A DNA stretch of 64,000 nt from Terrimicrobiaceae bacterium. GTDB lineage: Bacteria > Verrucomicrobiota > Verrucomicrobiia > Chthoniobacterales > Terrimicrobiaceae. The notes below the pieces were generated by a model, which had not been told where the DNA came from, searched no databases, and saw only the letters and a program-made list of their open reading frames with translations. The position numbers and the translations under genes are program-made. The stretch lies in NCBI GenBank assembly GCA_041752695.1, contig JBGSVZ010000038.1, positions 128,001 through 192,000 on the forward strand. Direction: 5' to 3'. Below are positions 46,966 to 57,389 of this stretch, piece after piece (position 1 is the stretch's first letter; each line of letters starts with the position of its first letter).

Positions 46966-48315
46966 CTAGGGCTGCGCCGCGTCGGAGGGGGTTGAGGAAG
47001 TTCGTGCAACTGGGTCTGGCACCTTGAACGGCACAACGGTGGCAGAGGCCCCTCCCTTCTTGTCGTGGGCATAAACCATTACCAAATATTCTCCCGGTGT
47101 TGCCGGGGCATGGATCACAACGTGTTCGGCGGAGGCCTGAGCCAGCGGACCAGCGACGGTGGTGGTCTTTTTGGCTTTGGCTTCAAGAATCCATGATACG
47201 AACTCGACGGGGTCCCCGTCCGCATCATCCGCGGCAAACTGCACGTTCATCGCCTCTCCAGGCTCGGCCAGTTTTGAACCAAAGCCTCCTTCAAACTGCA
47301 ACTTGGACAGTGCCGGTGCGCGGTTTCCCTTCATCGGCTGACCTGTGAAATGCTCAATCATCACATCGGCCTGTGGCGTTATCAGTTTGTGATGGAACGA
47401 CCTACGGTCCATCGGACCTTCGGGATTGGCATCAAGCAGCAGGCTAAAGTAGGTCGGCCGGTCGTCCACCGCGTAGTGGCCCCAGACAAAAATGGTCGAT
47501 CCCAAGCAGAGTGGCGACTCGTCGATCGCGACATAACAATCCTTCAGGTCGCTCACCTTTTTGGTGACGGGCTCATCCAACGGCACACCCCACTCCGTTT
47601 TACCAAAATTCCAAGGTCCGTTGGTATTGAACTCGGACATATAGAACGGCATGCCCCAGTGCGTTTCCGCATTCCTAATACCCCCCCGCACCGCGCCACG
47701 GCTGTAGCATTGCACCCCCAGTACGTCGATGTCCGGCGCAAATTTCTTGATCTTTTGGATATGCTCCGGCTTGGCATTGACCATCGTCAGGCTGGTTACG
47801 TGATGGGGAAAGCGCTTGTGGATTTCCTGCGACATCCGGTTGACCACACGCAGATAGGGCTCGTCGAGATGGACTTCGTTACCCAGCCCCCACATGAGGA
47901 TGGCCGGGTGGTCGCCGATTCCCTCGATCTTTTTGACAATTTTCGCCACCATTTGATCGCCTTTGGTTTCGTAGTCGAAACTCCAGATTCCGCCTTCCTT
48001 GCTCTTGTTCTCCCCGTGGTGGGGCATCCATTCGCTGACGATCATTTTCATGCCGAGCCGGTGAGCGTGATCGAGTTTTGCCCGCATGACTGGGGGCTCC
48101 TCGATGGTATACCCGCGCACGGTATTGACCCCAAGTTGAGACAGGCGATCCATATCGAGATCGCCGCACACGCCCTTGATCTGAAAGGTTTCAAACCGCT
48201 CGAGCCGCTTGCGCTCAATATCGGAGATTCCCTCGGGAAGGACAAACCCCATGGCGTGAGTCAAGCCCGTCAGAAGGAGCGTGATGAGCAGCGCGATTCT
48301 GGTTGGTGAGTTCAT
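46966..48315 (-). CDS. GH2-like TIM-barrel glycoside hydrolase
   Basis: HPAILMWGLGNE and YMSEF motifs; paralog of the next gene. Confidence 0.75.
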   Translation of the reverse strand: MNSPTRIALLITLLLTGLTHAMGFVLPEGISDIERKRLERFETFQIKGVCGDLDMDRLSQLGVNTVRGYTIEEPPVMRAKLDHAHRLGMKMIVSEWMPHHGENKSKEGGIWSFDYETKGDQMVAKIVKKIEGIGDHPAILMWGLGNEVHLDEPYLRVVNRMSQEIHKRFPHHVTSLTMVNAKPEHIQKIKKFAPDIDVLGVQCYSRGAVRGGIRNAETHWGMPFYMSEFNTNGPWNFGKTEWGVPLDEPVTKKVSDLKDCYVAIDESPLCLGSTIFVWGHYAVDDRPTYFSLLLDANPEGPMDRRSFHHKLITPQADVMIEHFTGQPMKGNRAPALSKLQFEGGFGSKLAEPGEAMNVQFAADDADGDPVEFVSWILEAKAKKTTTVAGPLAQASAEHVVIHAPATPGEYLVMVYAHDKKGGASATVVPFKVPDPVARTSSTPSDAAQP

Positions 48316-48337
48316 AAGATGCTCATGATGGGTCAAT

Positions 48338-49666
48338 TCAAGGGGTGACAGGCACTGTTGGGTGTCCTTCGGGAGTCACCTTGAATGCGACCGTGCTGGC
48401 GGAGGCCCCGCCATTCTTGTCCGTGGCATACACCATCAGCAGATATTCGCCCGGGGAGGTCGGGGCATTGATGACGGCGTGTTCGGGTGATGCCTGACGG
48501 AACGGTCCCGCCACGGTGGTGGTTCTGCGGGCTTTGGCATCAAGAATCCACGAAATGAACTCGACCGTGTCTCCATTCGCATCGTGCGCGGCAAACTTCA
48601 CTGGCATGGCCTCACCGGGTGTGGCCAATCGCGAGCTGGCACCTCCTTCGAACTCCAGCTTGGACAACACCGGGGCCCGATTGCCCTTGAGTGGCTGCCC
48701 GGTGAAATGCTCCGTCATCAGATCTGCCTGCGGAGTCTTCATTAAGTTTTTGAAATCATTGTCCTTGGAGCCGTTCGGATCGGGATCGAGTAAGAAACTG
48801 AAGTACGTCGGACGATAGGCGGTGGCATGTCCCCAGACGAAAACGGTTGATCCCAGGCAAAGAGACGACTCATCAATGGCGGCATAACAATCCTTCAAAT
48901 CGTTCAGCTTCCTGGTCACCGGTTCGTCCAGTTCAACGCCCCACTCCGTTTTGCCAAAGTTCCAAGGTCCGTTGGTATTAAACTCGGACAGATAGAATGG
49001 CTTGCCCCAATGCGTTTCGGCATTCTTAATTCCGCCCCGCACGGCCCCGCGGCTGTAGCATTGCACTCCCAGCACGTCGATGTCCGGTGCGAATTCCTTG
49101 ATCTTTTGGATATGTTCGGGCTTGGCATTAACCATCGTCAGACTGGTGATATGATGAGGGAAACGCTTGTGAATCTCCTGCGACATGCGGTTGACCACGC
49201 GCAGATAGGGTTCTTCAAGATGGACCTCATTCCCCAGTCCCCACATGAGGATGGCCGGGTGGTCGCCGATTCCTTCGATCTTTTCGATGAGCTTCTCCAC
49301 CATTTGATCGCCTTTGACATGGTAGTCAAAGTTCCAGACGACTCCTTCCTTGTTTTTGTTATCCCCATGGTGGGGCATCCATTCGCTGACAATCATTTTC
49401 ATGCCGAGGCGATTGGCGTGATCGAGCTTCTTGAGCATCTCCCTTGGTTCGTCGATGGTGTACCCACGCACGCTGTTGACGCCGAGTGTCGCCAGGCGGT
49501 CGAGGTCGCGGTCGCCGCACACACCCTTGATTTGAAATGTTTCGAAACGCTCGAACCGCTTGCGGTCGGTTTCGGACATACCCTCGGGCAGGACGAACGA
49601 CTGGCCAAAGGTCGAGGCGGTCAGCAGCAAGGTGAAAAGAAGGGTGAGTCGGGGGAACTGATTCAT
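48338..49666 (-). CDS. GH2-like TIM-barrel glycoside hydrolase
   Basis: Same motifs; tandem paralog. Confidence 0.75.
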   Translation of the reverse strand: MNQFPRLTLLFTLLLTASTFGQSFVLPEGMSETDRKRFERFETFQIKGVCGDRDLDRLATLGVNSVRGYTIDEPREMLKKLDHANRLGMKMIVSEWMPHHGDNKNKEGVVWNFDYHVKGDQMVEKLIEKIEGIGDHPAILMWGLGNEVHLEEPYLRVVNRMSQEIHKRFPHHITSLTMVNAKPEHIQKIKEFAPDIDVLGVQCYSRGAVRGGIKNAETHWGKPFYLSEFNTNGPWNFGKTEWGVELDEPVTRKLNDLKDCYAAIDESSLCLGSTVFVWGHATAYRPTYFSFLLDPDPNGSKDNDFKNLMKTPQADLMTEHFTGQPLKGNRAPVLSKLEFEGGASSRLATPGEAMPVKFAAHDANGDTVEFISWILDAKARRTTTVAGPFRQASPEHAVINAPTSPGEYLLMVYATDKNGGASASTVAFKVTPEGHPTVPVTP

Positions 49667-49724
49667 AGGATGTTCAATGAGAGGATAATGCTTGCCAGGA
49701 TGCGAATGATCTCAGCCGGACGGT

Positions 49725-49874
49725 TCATCGAGAAATCACGCTCGGCGATGCCCCGGTGGGAGTTGAAAGCCTCGCAACGTTCCCGAGCGAAGAAGAGAGG
49801 CCGAGATGCACGAACAGCCCAAAGACTAGGGACTCGAACCGTTGCAGGCGTGCCGGGATAACGGGAGCAGACAT
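49725..49874 (-). pseudogene. Probable GH29 N-terminal remnant
   Basis: 49-codon ORF MSAPVIPARLQRFESLVFGLFVHLGLSS... resembles the GH29 FGMFVHFGL motif. Confidence 0.5.
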
Positions 49875-49898
49875 GAGGAAAACGGGAAAGAATTCTGC

Positions 49899-51461
49899 TT
49901 AGGGGTTGGGAGAACCAGCGGCTTTGGTCATCTCAAAAGGAGCTGCCGGGAGGCGTTGCTTGTTAGCGAGGTTGGCACCGCGGGGATTCCTCGCCCACGC
50001 GTAGCGGACCGCTTGGGGGGAGGTCACCGAGGGGCTGCTCACCTCGACCGTATCCTTGCCCTTGAGTTCCGCCTCCGCCGCATGAAAAACCCCATCGGTG
50101 CCAGCCAGGGTGAACCCTTCCAAGGGGGCTCCATTGAATGGCCATAAGCCGCCTCCAATGGACGCAAAGCGAATTTTGACGGTATCCTCAAATGTGGCGT
50201 CGACCGGTTCTGGTCCGCCGCGCAGCGAAACCTTCTTATAAACGTCGGCCAGAGCCCAGCGGGCGAGGCGTTGTCCGACCGTTTCCTTGTCAAAGGGATG
50301 AATATCGTTCGCCTCTCCGACGTCAATCGCCACAGCCAGTCCGGCATGCGGGTCCTGGAGAACAAATTGCCGCTGGCTCTCGCGGAGCCGCGCCCAGGGG
50401 TCATCCGAGATTCCCTCCACCGGTTGGGTGTGGCTTGCCAATTGCACGACTCCGAAGGCGAGGGACGGATTGTTCCACCAGATCCGCCAATCGTTCACCA
50501 TGACAGCCAGGCGCTCGTCATATTTCTCGGGAACCCATTCGGTGTCGTTTTCTCCCTGATACCAAATCACACCGCGAATGGCGAAGGGAGCCACTGTCGC
50601 CAGCATGCCATTCGCCAGATTGCCGGGTCGCTGCGAACCGTCCGGATCAAAAGGCGGGGGCTTGGGGGCGTCGCGAAAAGTCCAGTGATCCACTTTGGCA
50701 TCCAGTGGCTTGCCTTTCGCCCGATTCCACTCCACGCATTTGGCCTGGTAGGCGGCGAATTTCTCCGGGAATTTCTTCATGCCGGCCTCCCACTCCGCCA
50801 CACGCTGGACCAGGAGCGGATGTTGATCCATGACCGTGTTGCGGGTCCAGGCAATCGCCGGAGTGGCCCCCCAAGAAGCGGCAATGAGTCCGACCGGAAC
50901 GCCGAGGGTCGATTGAAGAACGGAACCGAAGTGAAATCCTGCGGCGCTAAATGCTGAGATGGATTTCGGGTCCGACGTGGTCCACGTGGCATTGGCGGAA
51001 AACCGAGGTGTGGTGGAAGCCGTGCGATCCACCAGATAGAGTCTCAAGAGCGGCTTGCTTCCGCCGAGTGAGGTGAGGTCGGCGTTGAGGCTTTCGGCCA
51101 CCGTCAACTGCATATTCGACTGTCCGGAGCACAGCCAAACTTCGCCCACAAGCACATCATTAAAGACCACTTCCTTTTGCCCGCTGCGCACTTGCAGAGT
51201 CGAAGGCATGGCGTTGGCGGCCTCCGGTGCCAGGGTCGCCATCCATTTGCCCTCAGTGTCCACAACCGCATCGACCGACTGTTTTCCAAACGTGATCGTG
51301 ACCGTGGTTCCCGGCTCGGCGCGCCCCCAGACTGGCAGGGGCTGGCCCTGCTGGAATACCATGTGATCGGAAAAAATCGTCGGCAGTTCGAGAGCCCGCA
51401 GGCTGGCAATGGAAGTGATGAGGAGAAACGCCGCCAGGGTCCGGAGTCGGGAGGTGGTCAT
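49899..51461 (-). CDS. Sialate O-acetylesterase-like (SASA) carbohydrate esterase
   Basis: GEVWLCSGQSNM, IWYQGE and DIHP motifs. Confidence 0.9.
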   Translation of the reverse strand: MTTSRLRTLAAFLLITSIASLRALELPTIFSDHMVFQQGQPLPVWGRAEPGTTVTITFGKQSVDAVVDTEGKWMATLAPEAANAMPSTLQVRSGQKEVVFNDVLVGEVWLCSGQSNMQLTVAESLNADLTSLGGSKPLLRLYLVDRTASTTPRFSANATWTTSDPKSISAFSAAGFHFGSVLQSTLGVPVGLIAASWGATPAIAWTRNTVMDQHPLLVQRVAEWEAGMKKFPEKFAAYQAKCVEWNRAKGKPLDAKVDHWTFRDAPKPPPFDPDGSQRPGNLANGMLATVAPFAIRGVIWYQGENDTEWVPEKYDERLAVMVNDWRIWWNNPSLAFGVVQLASHTQPVEGISDDPWARLRESQRQFVLQDPHAGLAVAIDVGEANDIHPFDKETVGQRLARWALADVYKKVSLRGGPEPVDATFEDTVKIRFASIGGGLWPFNGAPLEGFTLAGTDGVFHAAEAELKGKDTVEVSSPSVTSPQAVRYAWARNPRGANLANKQRLPAAPFEMTKAAGSPNP

Positions 51462-53479
51462 CGCGGGGATGGTGAAGACTCCCCGCCGCCAATGCGGCGC
51501 ACAGGTGTGCCGAGACGGTAGTCGTACATTTTCGCGGAGACCTCACGAACCGCGGCCGTCAAAGTCGGGAGGGGACGGTCCACAAGGGTCACCAGTCCGA
51601 TGCCAAAGTTTTCGCCGTCCGACCGGCCCGTGACCGTTTGACTCGTCCAGGCGAACCAATGGGCGCCGACAAAATTTGGCTGACGCAAAGCATCGGAGAT
51701 GTACGCTTCGTAAAGATCCGCTTGATTGCGGGCGTTTGCCGCCCAGGTGAGTCCCACGCCCCAGACGCCGTGATCGGGAGTGCCAAAGTGGAACTCGCTG
51801 ATGAGCCACGGGCGGTCTTGATCTGTTTTCATGCGGAATTCTTCCAGGCTGTGCTGGTAGATGTTGGCACTGAGGACATCGCAGTGCCGGGATGCTGCGG
51901 CCGTAATGAAGGGGTTAAACTGGTGGAAACGGCAGCCGAGATAGAGATGGCCGGGAAAGTATTTTTTCATGGCCTTCCGACAGACCGTGAAATACCGGTC
52001 CGCGAAAATTGCGAGGAAGTCATCGAGATCGGTCGCGAAGGTTTTCTCTCCGAGTGGTCCTGGTGAGGGCCGGATGTCGGCCACGTCCTTGAAGCTGGTG
52101 TTCCAGGCCTCGTTAAGCCCCTCGAGGTTGCCGTGGCGGTTTTGCAAAAATGCGACCAGGGCGACGCGGGCAGGGGTGTCGGCGGAGCAGCGGAGAATTT
52201 CACTCACCAGTTCGTGCCCGCCCGGCCAATCCAGCTCGTTGTCCACAAAGACGCCCAACAGCCAGGGAGTTCCCGCATGCTTGGCTGCCAATTCCGGCAT
52301 GATGCGATCGAGCGAGTTTTGGAAAGCCTCGGAGAAGGGATCGGCAATTTTTTTGATCCTGCCCAATGGCTGCATATCCGTGTGGACAATGAGCGTGTAG
52401 GGAACCCGTCCTGTCTCCGCCATTTCCGAAATTGACCAAGCCCCCACGGTATTGAGACCCCAATCAAACATCCGCGCGAGGGTGAGATCGACTTGCCGGG
52501 CGCGCCAGTTCTGCTCGCCAGATTTGACCTTGAGATTGTCCCAGTAGTGGCTGACCGATGGCGCGCTGCGGTGCTCTTGGGGAAAAATTTCCTCCCGGCC
52601 CGTGACCTTGGTCTCTGTGGCTGAACCCACGCAGTTGACACCCAGCGACCAGAAAAGATTTCCATCCGGGTCCACGAACCACCACTTGCCGTCAAGCTTC
52701 TCTACCCGGAAGAATCCCGTGGCTCGTAGATCCGGGCCTCCCGTCATTCCTCCATAGCGGCTTCGCCCTTCTCTGGGCGTTGTGACTGTGGACACCAGGT
52801 CTGCGTCGATGGCCGCGTCCGCGCGGAGTTCCCCGGCGTCGTGTACCTTGCCGGGCCAGTCCCCGATGCGCAGTTGTCCGAAAAGGTCCAGCAGGGGCAT
52901 TTCCAGGGTGGCGAGGGCGGCAGGATCGGTGCGGAAGTCTCCCGCGCCCCGGGGAGAGCCAATTGCAATGATTTGGCCGGGGGCGGCATCGCTCCAATCG
53001 ATTTGTATCCGGATCTGCAGGATCGCCGAAGGATCGATGGCCCGCCAGTGCCGCTGGTGGCCCCAGGGAAACGCGTAGAGATTGCCGAGACGCTTCACGT
53101 ACGGGTGGTCGGCAGGCAGGGCGTGGCGCGCCATCAGGGCCGTCATTTCGAGGGATTCTCCCGGGCGGACAAAAAAGCGCCCGCTTGTGCTGCGCAGCCA
53201 CTGGACCTTCCGATCACTGAGCGCATGAACATGAACATCGAGTTCGGATACCGTGCCATTCTGGATTGGGATCGCGATGTCGCGGAATTTCGAGAGATCC
53301 AGCGCGCCGCCCTCGTAGTCAAAAATCACCACGGCCCGGCCCGTCGCCTTCTCCAGACGGAGGCGGAACGACGTTTCCGCCTCTCCCGTCACTTTCATAC
53401 TCCCCATCCCCGGAGCCGCCAACCCGGCGCAAGCGCTGCAAATGAGGAGGAAAATGGCGGTAAAGAATCGCTCAGACAT
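51458..53479 (-). CDS. GH50-like hydrolase (second copy)
   Basis: ATGFFRVEK..GKWWFVDPDG, FVDNELDW and SEFHFG motifs. Confidence 0.85.
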   Translation of the reverse strand: MSERFFTAIFLLICSACAGLAAPGMGSMKVTGEAETSFRLRLEKATGRAVVIFDYEGGALDLSKFRDIAIPIQNGTVSELDVHVHALSDRKVQWLRSTSGRFFVRPGESLEMTALMARHALPADHPYVKRLGNLYAFPWGHQRHWRAIDPSAILQIRIQIDWSDAAPGQIIAIGSPRGAGDFRTDPAALATLEMPLLDLFGQLRIGDWPGKVHDAGELRADAAIDADLVSTVTTPREGRSRYGGMTGGPDLRATGFFRVEKLDGKWWFVDPDGNLFWSLGVNCVGSATETKVTGREEIFPQEHRSAPSVSHYWDNLKVKSGEQNWRARQVDLTLARMFDWGLNTVGAWSISEMAETGRVPYTLIVHTDMQPLGRIKKIADPFSEAFQNSLDRIMPELAAKHAGTPWLLGVFVDNELDWPGGHELVSEILRCSADTPARVALVAFLQNRHGNLEGLNEAWNTSFKDVADIRPSPGPLGEKTFATDLDDFLAIFADRYFTVCRKAMKKYFPGHLYLGCRFHQFNPFITAAASRHCDVLSANIYQHSLEEFRMKTDQDRPWLISEFHFGTPDHGVWGVGLTWAANARNQADLYEAYISDALRQPNFVGAHWFAWTSQTVTGRSDGENFGIGLVTLVDRPLPTLTAAVREVSAKMYDYRLGTPVRRIGGGESSPSPR

Positions 53480-53585
53480 GCAAGGGGGCCAAGGGTGGGG
53501 GAGGTTTTCAGTGCGAGCGGGTTTTTGCCGGCTGGGTCCGGTCGTTACAGGAAAAAATTGCCGATTGACAACTTGATCACAGTAT

Positions 53586-53602
53586 CAGACAAATATCAAA
53601 CA
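53586..53602. promoter_or_regulatory. Candidate transcription-factor site, shared with 28013-28029
   Basis: CAGACAAATATCAAACA, just downstream of TTGACA at 53565. Confidence 0.6.
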
Positions 53603-53699
53603 CAGTTTGCGGTGTTTTTCATTTTGCCGGGAAATTCGCCGCTACAGGAGCCGCACCCCCCCGAAAACCCTCCCCGAGAATCCGCAAATCTTCCTCCCC

Positions 53700-55292
53700 A
53701 TGTCTGGAGTCCGACACCAGGGCCTCGCGAGTCTTCCTTTTGGCGCTCTCCTTTTCTGCCTCACATCCCTTCCTTTGCGTGCTGAAATGTCAAATCCGGA
53801 AGCCTCTCCCCCCCTAAAGCGCCCCAATTTCCTGATCGTGTTCGCCGACGACTTGGGGTTTGGAGACTTGGGGTGCTATGGGGCGGAAGGCATTCCCACG
53901 CCGAATCTCGACCGTATGGCGGAGCAGGGTGCTCGTTTTACCAATTTTTATGCCACGGCCGCAACCTGCACACCTTCACGCTACAGCCTGCTGACAGGAA
54001 GTTACCCGTGGCGCAATCCTCGCGCCCGCATTCTGGCGGGCGATGCCCCGATGATCATCGGTCCGGAGGAACTCACCTTGCCGGCTGTTCTCCAGCGGGG
54101 CGGGTATGCCACCGCCGTCATCGGAAAATGGCACATCGGGCTGGGCGACGGAACGCTCGACTGGAACAAAGAAATTCGTCCGTCGCCACGGGATGTCGGG
54201 TTCACGGAGTCCTTCATCATGGCCGCGACCAACGACCGTGTGCCGTGCGTTTATGTGAAGGACCGTCACGTCTGGAATCTCGGGCCTGACGACCCCCTGG
54301 AAGTGGTTTACGGCAAAGAGAATCCTTTTCCCGAGGTCCCTACTGGTCGCACCCACCCGGAATTACTCGCCATGCGCCACAGCGATGGGCAGCACCATGA
54401 CACCATCGTCAATGGCGTGCCGCGGATCGGATTCAGCCGTGGGGGAAAGTCCGCGACGTGGGATGACACGACGATGGTCGATGTCTTTCTCGATCAAACC
54501 AGGGATTTTCTCACCCGGAAAAAAGACACGCCATTTTTCCTGTACCTCGCCCTGCACCAGCCGCACGTGCCGAGGATTCCCTCCCAACGGTTTGCGGGGG
54601 TTTCGGCGAAGGGTCCGCGGGGCGACGTGATCATGGAGCTGGATTGGATGGTTGGTGAAGTGCTCGCCCATCTCAAGAAGCTCGGGCTGGACCAGAACAC
54701 CATCGTCGTTTTTTCCAGCGACAACGGGCCGATCCTTGACGATGGCTACGTGGACGAGGCGGAGGAACGAGCTGGGACGCACCGGCCGGCCGGCCCATTG
54801 CGGGGCGGCAAATACAGCCTCTTTGATGGCGGGGCCAGGGTGCCGGCTATTGTCTGGGGGCCCGGTCTGGTCGCTCCGGGCGAATCGGAAGCTTTGCTCA
54901 GCCAGGTCGATCTCCTGGCGAGCCTCGCCCACCTGGCCGGCCTGGATCTTGACCCCGCAGAGCGGGCCGACAGCCTGCAGATGGCGGATGCCCTTTTGGG
55001 AAAATCCCGGGAAGGCCGCGACCATCTGGTCACCGAAGGGTTTGCGGCCAAGACCCTCCTTCGCGAAGGGCGCTGGGTTTTCATTCCCCCGTATCCCGGA
55101 GGAAAACTGTTTGGCGATAAAAACGTGGAATCGGGAAATGCCCCGACACCGCAGCTTTACGATCTGAGCGCCGACGTGGGTCAGCGAAAAAATCTCGCCT
55201 CCCTCCACCCCGAGCGGGTCGAGGCCATGTCCCAATTGCTCACGGAGATTCGGGGAAAGCTCGTCCCGCGCGCCAGTCACTTTCCGCCATAA
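53700..55292 (+). CDS. Sulfatase (S1, Cys-type)
   Basis: DDLGFGD, CTPSR, GKWH and SDNG motifs; start uncertain. Confidence 0.93.
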   Translation: MSGVRHQGLASLPFGALLFCLTSLPLRAEMSNPEASPPLKRPNFLIVFADDLGFGDLGCYGAEGIPTPNLDRMAEQGARFTNFYATAATCTPSRYSLLTGSYPWRNPRARILAGDAPMIIGPEELTLPAVLQRGGYATAVIGKWHIGLGDGTLDWNKEIRPSPRDVGFTESFIMAATNDRVPCVYVKDRHVWNLGPDDPLEVVYGKENPFPEVPTGRTHPELLAMRHSDGQHHDTIVNGVPRIGFSRGGKSATWDDTTMVDVFLDQTRDFLTRKKDTPFFLYLALHQPHVPRIPSQRFAGVSAKGPRGDVIMELDWMVGEVLAHLKKLGLDQNTIVVFSSDNGPILDDGYVDEAEERAGTHRPAGPLRGGKYSLFDGGARVPAIVWGPGLVAPGESEALLSQVDLLASLAHLAGLDLDPAERADSLQMADALLGKSREGRDHLVTEGFAAKTLLREGRWVFIPPYPGGKLFGDKNVESGNAPTPQLYDLSADVGQRKNLASLHPERVEAMSQLLTEIRGKLVPRASHFPP

Positions 55293-55312
55293 CCGCCAAA
55301 CCGTCATCCTCC

Positions 55313-55939
55313 ATGAAATCAAACATCCTCAAATTCTATGGCCTTTGCGCCCTGTCGTCCGTCGCCCTCCATGCCGAAAATCTCGTGGTCAACGGGGATT
55401 TCGAATCCGGTGAGGGAAACGCATTTTATGCCACTCCACCCTGGTATAACCGCGGAACCGGCTTCAACCAGGGGACGAACGCCCGCTCGGACCAGGGCGC
55501 GGTGATCGCGGGTTCCTTTTCGGCCACGGTAAACGACCGCTATGACTCCGAAACCGGGAAATTTGGACCCGTCGTGCATGTTCAAAAAACAAAGCATATG
55601 ATCGAGGCGGGCGATTCCTTCACGCTTTCTTATGAGTGGCGTCCGGCGGATACGTATTGGCAAAGATCCGCCGACACCGTCCGGTTTGTCCTTTACGCGA
55701 CAGCCAATGACAACGCCGGGGGGGAGGTTGTCTGGTCCGCGGAATTGACTTCGGAATTTTTCACCCGAAAACTCGAATCCACCCTGCCGGTATCCGAGAC
55801 GACCGAGGTCGTGAACGCCGAGGCTGTCGGCCATTCCCTGTTTGTCATGTTTTACGGTTTGGACACCAAGGATAATGGTTCGGGGGTCGCTCACTGGGCG
55901 AGGGTGGACAACATTGAGGTTGAAGTGCTCAAGAAATAA
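55313..55939 (+). CDS. Secreted CBM-like protein
   Basis: Signal peptide, NLVVNGDFE start and VDNI end typical of galactose-binding-like folds. Confidence 0.7.
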   Translation: MKSNILKFYGLCALSSVALHAENLVVNGDFESGEGNAFYATPPWYNRGTGFNQGTNARSDQGAVIAGSFSATVNDRYDSETGKFGPVVHVQKTKHMIEAGDSFTLSYEWRPADTYWQRSADTVRFVLYATANDNAGGEVVWSAELTSEFFTRKLESTLPVSETTEVVNAEAVGHSLFVMFYGLDTKDNGSGVAHWARVDNIEVEVLKK

Positions 55940-56002
55940 GGGATTCGCCGCACTCCGGACCAGCCGGTTCCGGAGTCAGCGTCCACTTTCCAATTCCGCC
56001 CA

Positions 56003-57379
56003 TTGAGCAACATTCTTTTCATCCTTTGCGACGATCTCGGGATCAACGATCTCCCTTGCTATGGCCGGTCGGAGCACAGGACCCCCCACCTCGACCGCCT
56101 GGCGGGGCAGGGGATACGTTTTGTTTCGGCCTATGCGTCACAGGCCATCTGTTCGGCTTCTCGGGCAGGTCTGCTTTCCGGCCTCAATCCGGCGCGTTTG
56201 CATTTGACGACCTATTTGCCTGGCCGCCCGGACGCCATTTCGCAGCGGGTGCTGCATCCCGAGATCATGATGCATGTGCCTCTTACGGTGAAGACTCTGC
56301 CGCGGTATTTTCAGGAGGCGGGTTATACAACGGGACTCATCGGCAAGTGGCACATCGGCGACAACCCCGGGCCGGCCGAGCATGGGTTTGATTACGTTTA
56401 TCATCCCAGCGACGGAAAAAACACCACCCCTTCGGAAATCGAGGGCGGCAAGGCAGAATACGAACTCACGCGCGAAACGATCCGATTCATCGAAGCCAAC
56501 AAGTCCCGGCCGTTTGTCGCCTATCTCGGGCACTATACCCCTCACATTCCCTACACGGCGAGGCAGAATCTCGTAGCTAACAATGCGTCGGCCTTCGAGC
56601 CGGTTTATGCGGCGCTGATCGAAACCCTGGACGACTCGGTCGGATTGCTTCTCGCGGCCCTCGACGATCTTGGCCTGGCAGAGGATACCATCGTTGTCTT
56701 CACCTCCGACAATGGTGGTCTGCATGTCCCCGAGGGCGGGCACGAGAGGATCACCCACAACACGCCCTTTCGTGCGGGCAAGGGCCACACCTATGAGGGA
56801 GGGCAGCGGGTTCCCCTCATCGTGCGCTGGCCGGGCCACGTGCCGGCGGGACGCGTGACTGACGCACCGGTCAACAACATCGACTGGATCCCGACCCTGC
56901 TGGAACTCGTCGGAACCCCGGTGCCACCCGGACTGGACGGCATGAGCTTTGCCAACGGTCTCACCGGCGGGACGTTTCCGGAAAGGCCGCTCTTCTGGCA
57001 TTTTCCCCATTACACGAATCAGGGCGGACGTCCGGGCGGGGCCGTGCGCGATGGTGATTGGATGCTCGTGGAATTTTACGACGAGGATAAAACCGAACTC
57101 TATAACCTCGCGGTCGACGCCGGACAAGGGCGGGACCTGGCCGGCCGGGAGCCAGGCCGCGTCGCCAGACTCAAAGCGGCCCTCGAAGATTGGCGGCAAT
57201 TAAACAACGTGCAGTACAACGTGCCCAATCCGGATTGCAACGAGGCAGAGTTTCGAAATCTTTATGTCACAACCGACCCGAGCAAATTCGATCCAGCCAC
57301 CGCGGATGATGCCGGGTGGTCGCACATGCAAAATTGGCGTGAGAAAATGAACCAGATGGCCCCATGGAAACGAAACTAA
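56003..57379 (+). CDS. Sulfatase (S1, CxAxR variant), no evident signal peptide
   Basis: DDLG, CSASR, GKWH and SDNGG motifs; TTG start. Confidence 0.9.
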   Translation: MSNILFILCDDLGINDLPCYGRSEHRTPHLDRLAGQGIRFVSAYASQAICSASRAGLLSGLNPARLHLTTYLPGRPDAISQRVLHPEIMMHVPLTVKTLPRYFQEAGYTTGLIGKWHIGDNPGPAEHGFDYVYHPSDGKNTTPSEIEGGKAEYELTRETIRFIEANKSRPFVAYLGHYTPHIPYTARQNLVANNASAFEPVYAALIETLDDSVGLLLAALDDLGLAEDTIVVFTSDNGGLHVPEGGHERITHNTPFRAGKGHTYEGGQRVPLIVRWPGHVPAGRVTDAPVNNIDWIPTLLELVGTPVPPGLDGMSFANGLTGGTFPERPLFWHFPHYTNQGGRPGGAVRDGDWMLVEFYDEDKTELYNLAVDAGQGRDLAGREPGRVARLKAALEDWRQLNNVQYNVPNPDCNEAEFRNLYVTTDPSKFDPATADDAGWSHMQNWREKMNQMAPWKRN

Positions 57380-57389
57380 GACCCACCCA

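Noticed and set aside
28153..57199. Long antisense ORFs (e.g. 28153-29487, 29529-31526, 33983-35479, 38333-40066, 44691-46316, 56138-57199)
   Set aside because: They are shadows of well-supported genes in GC-rich DNA and carry no recognisable motifs
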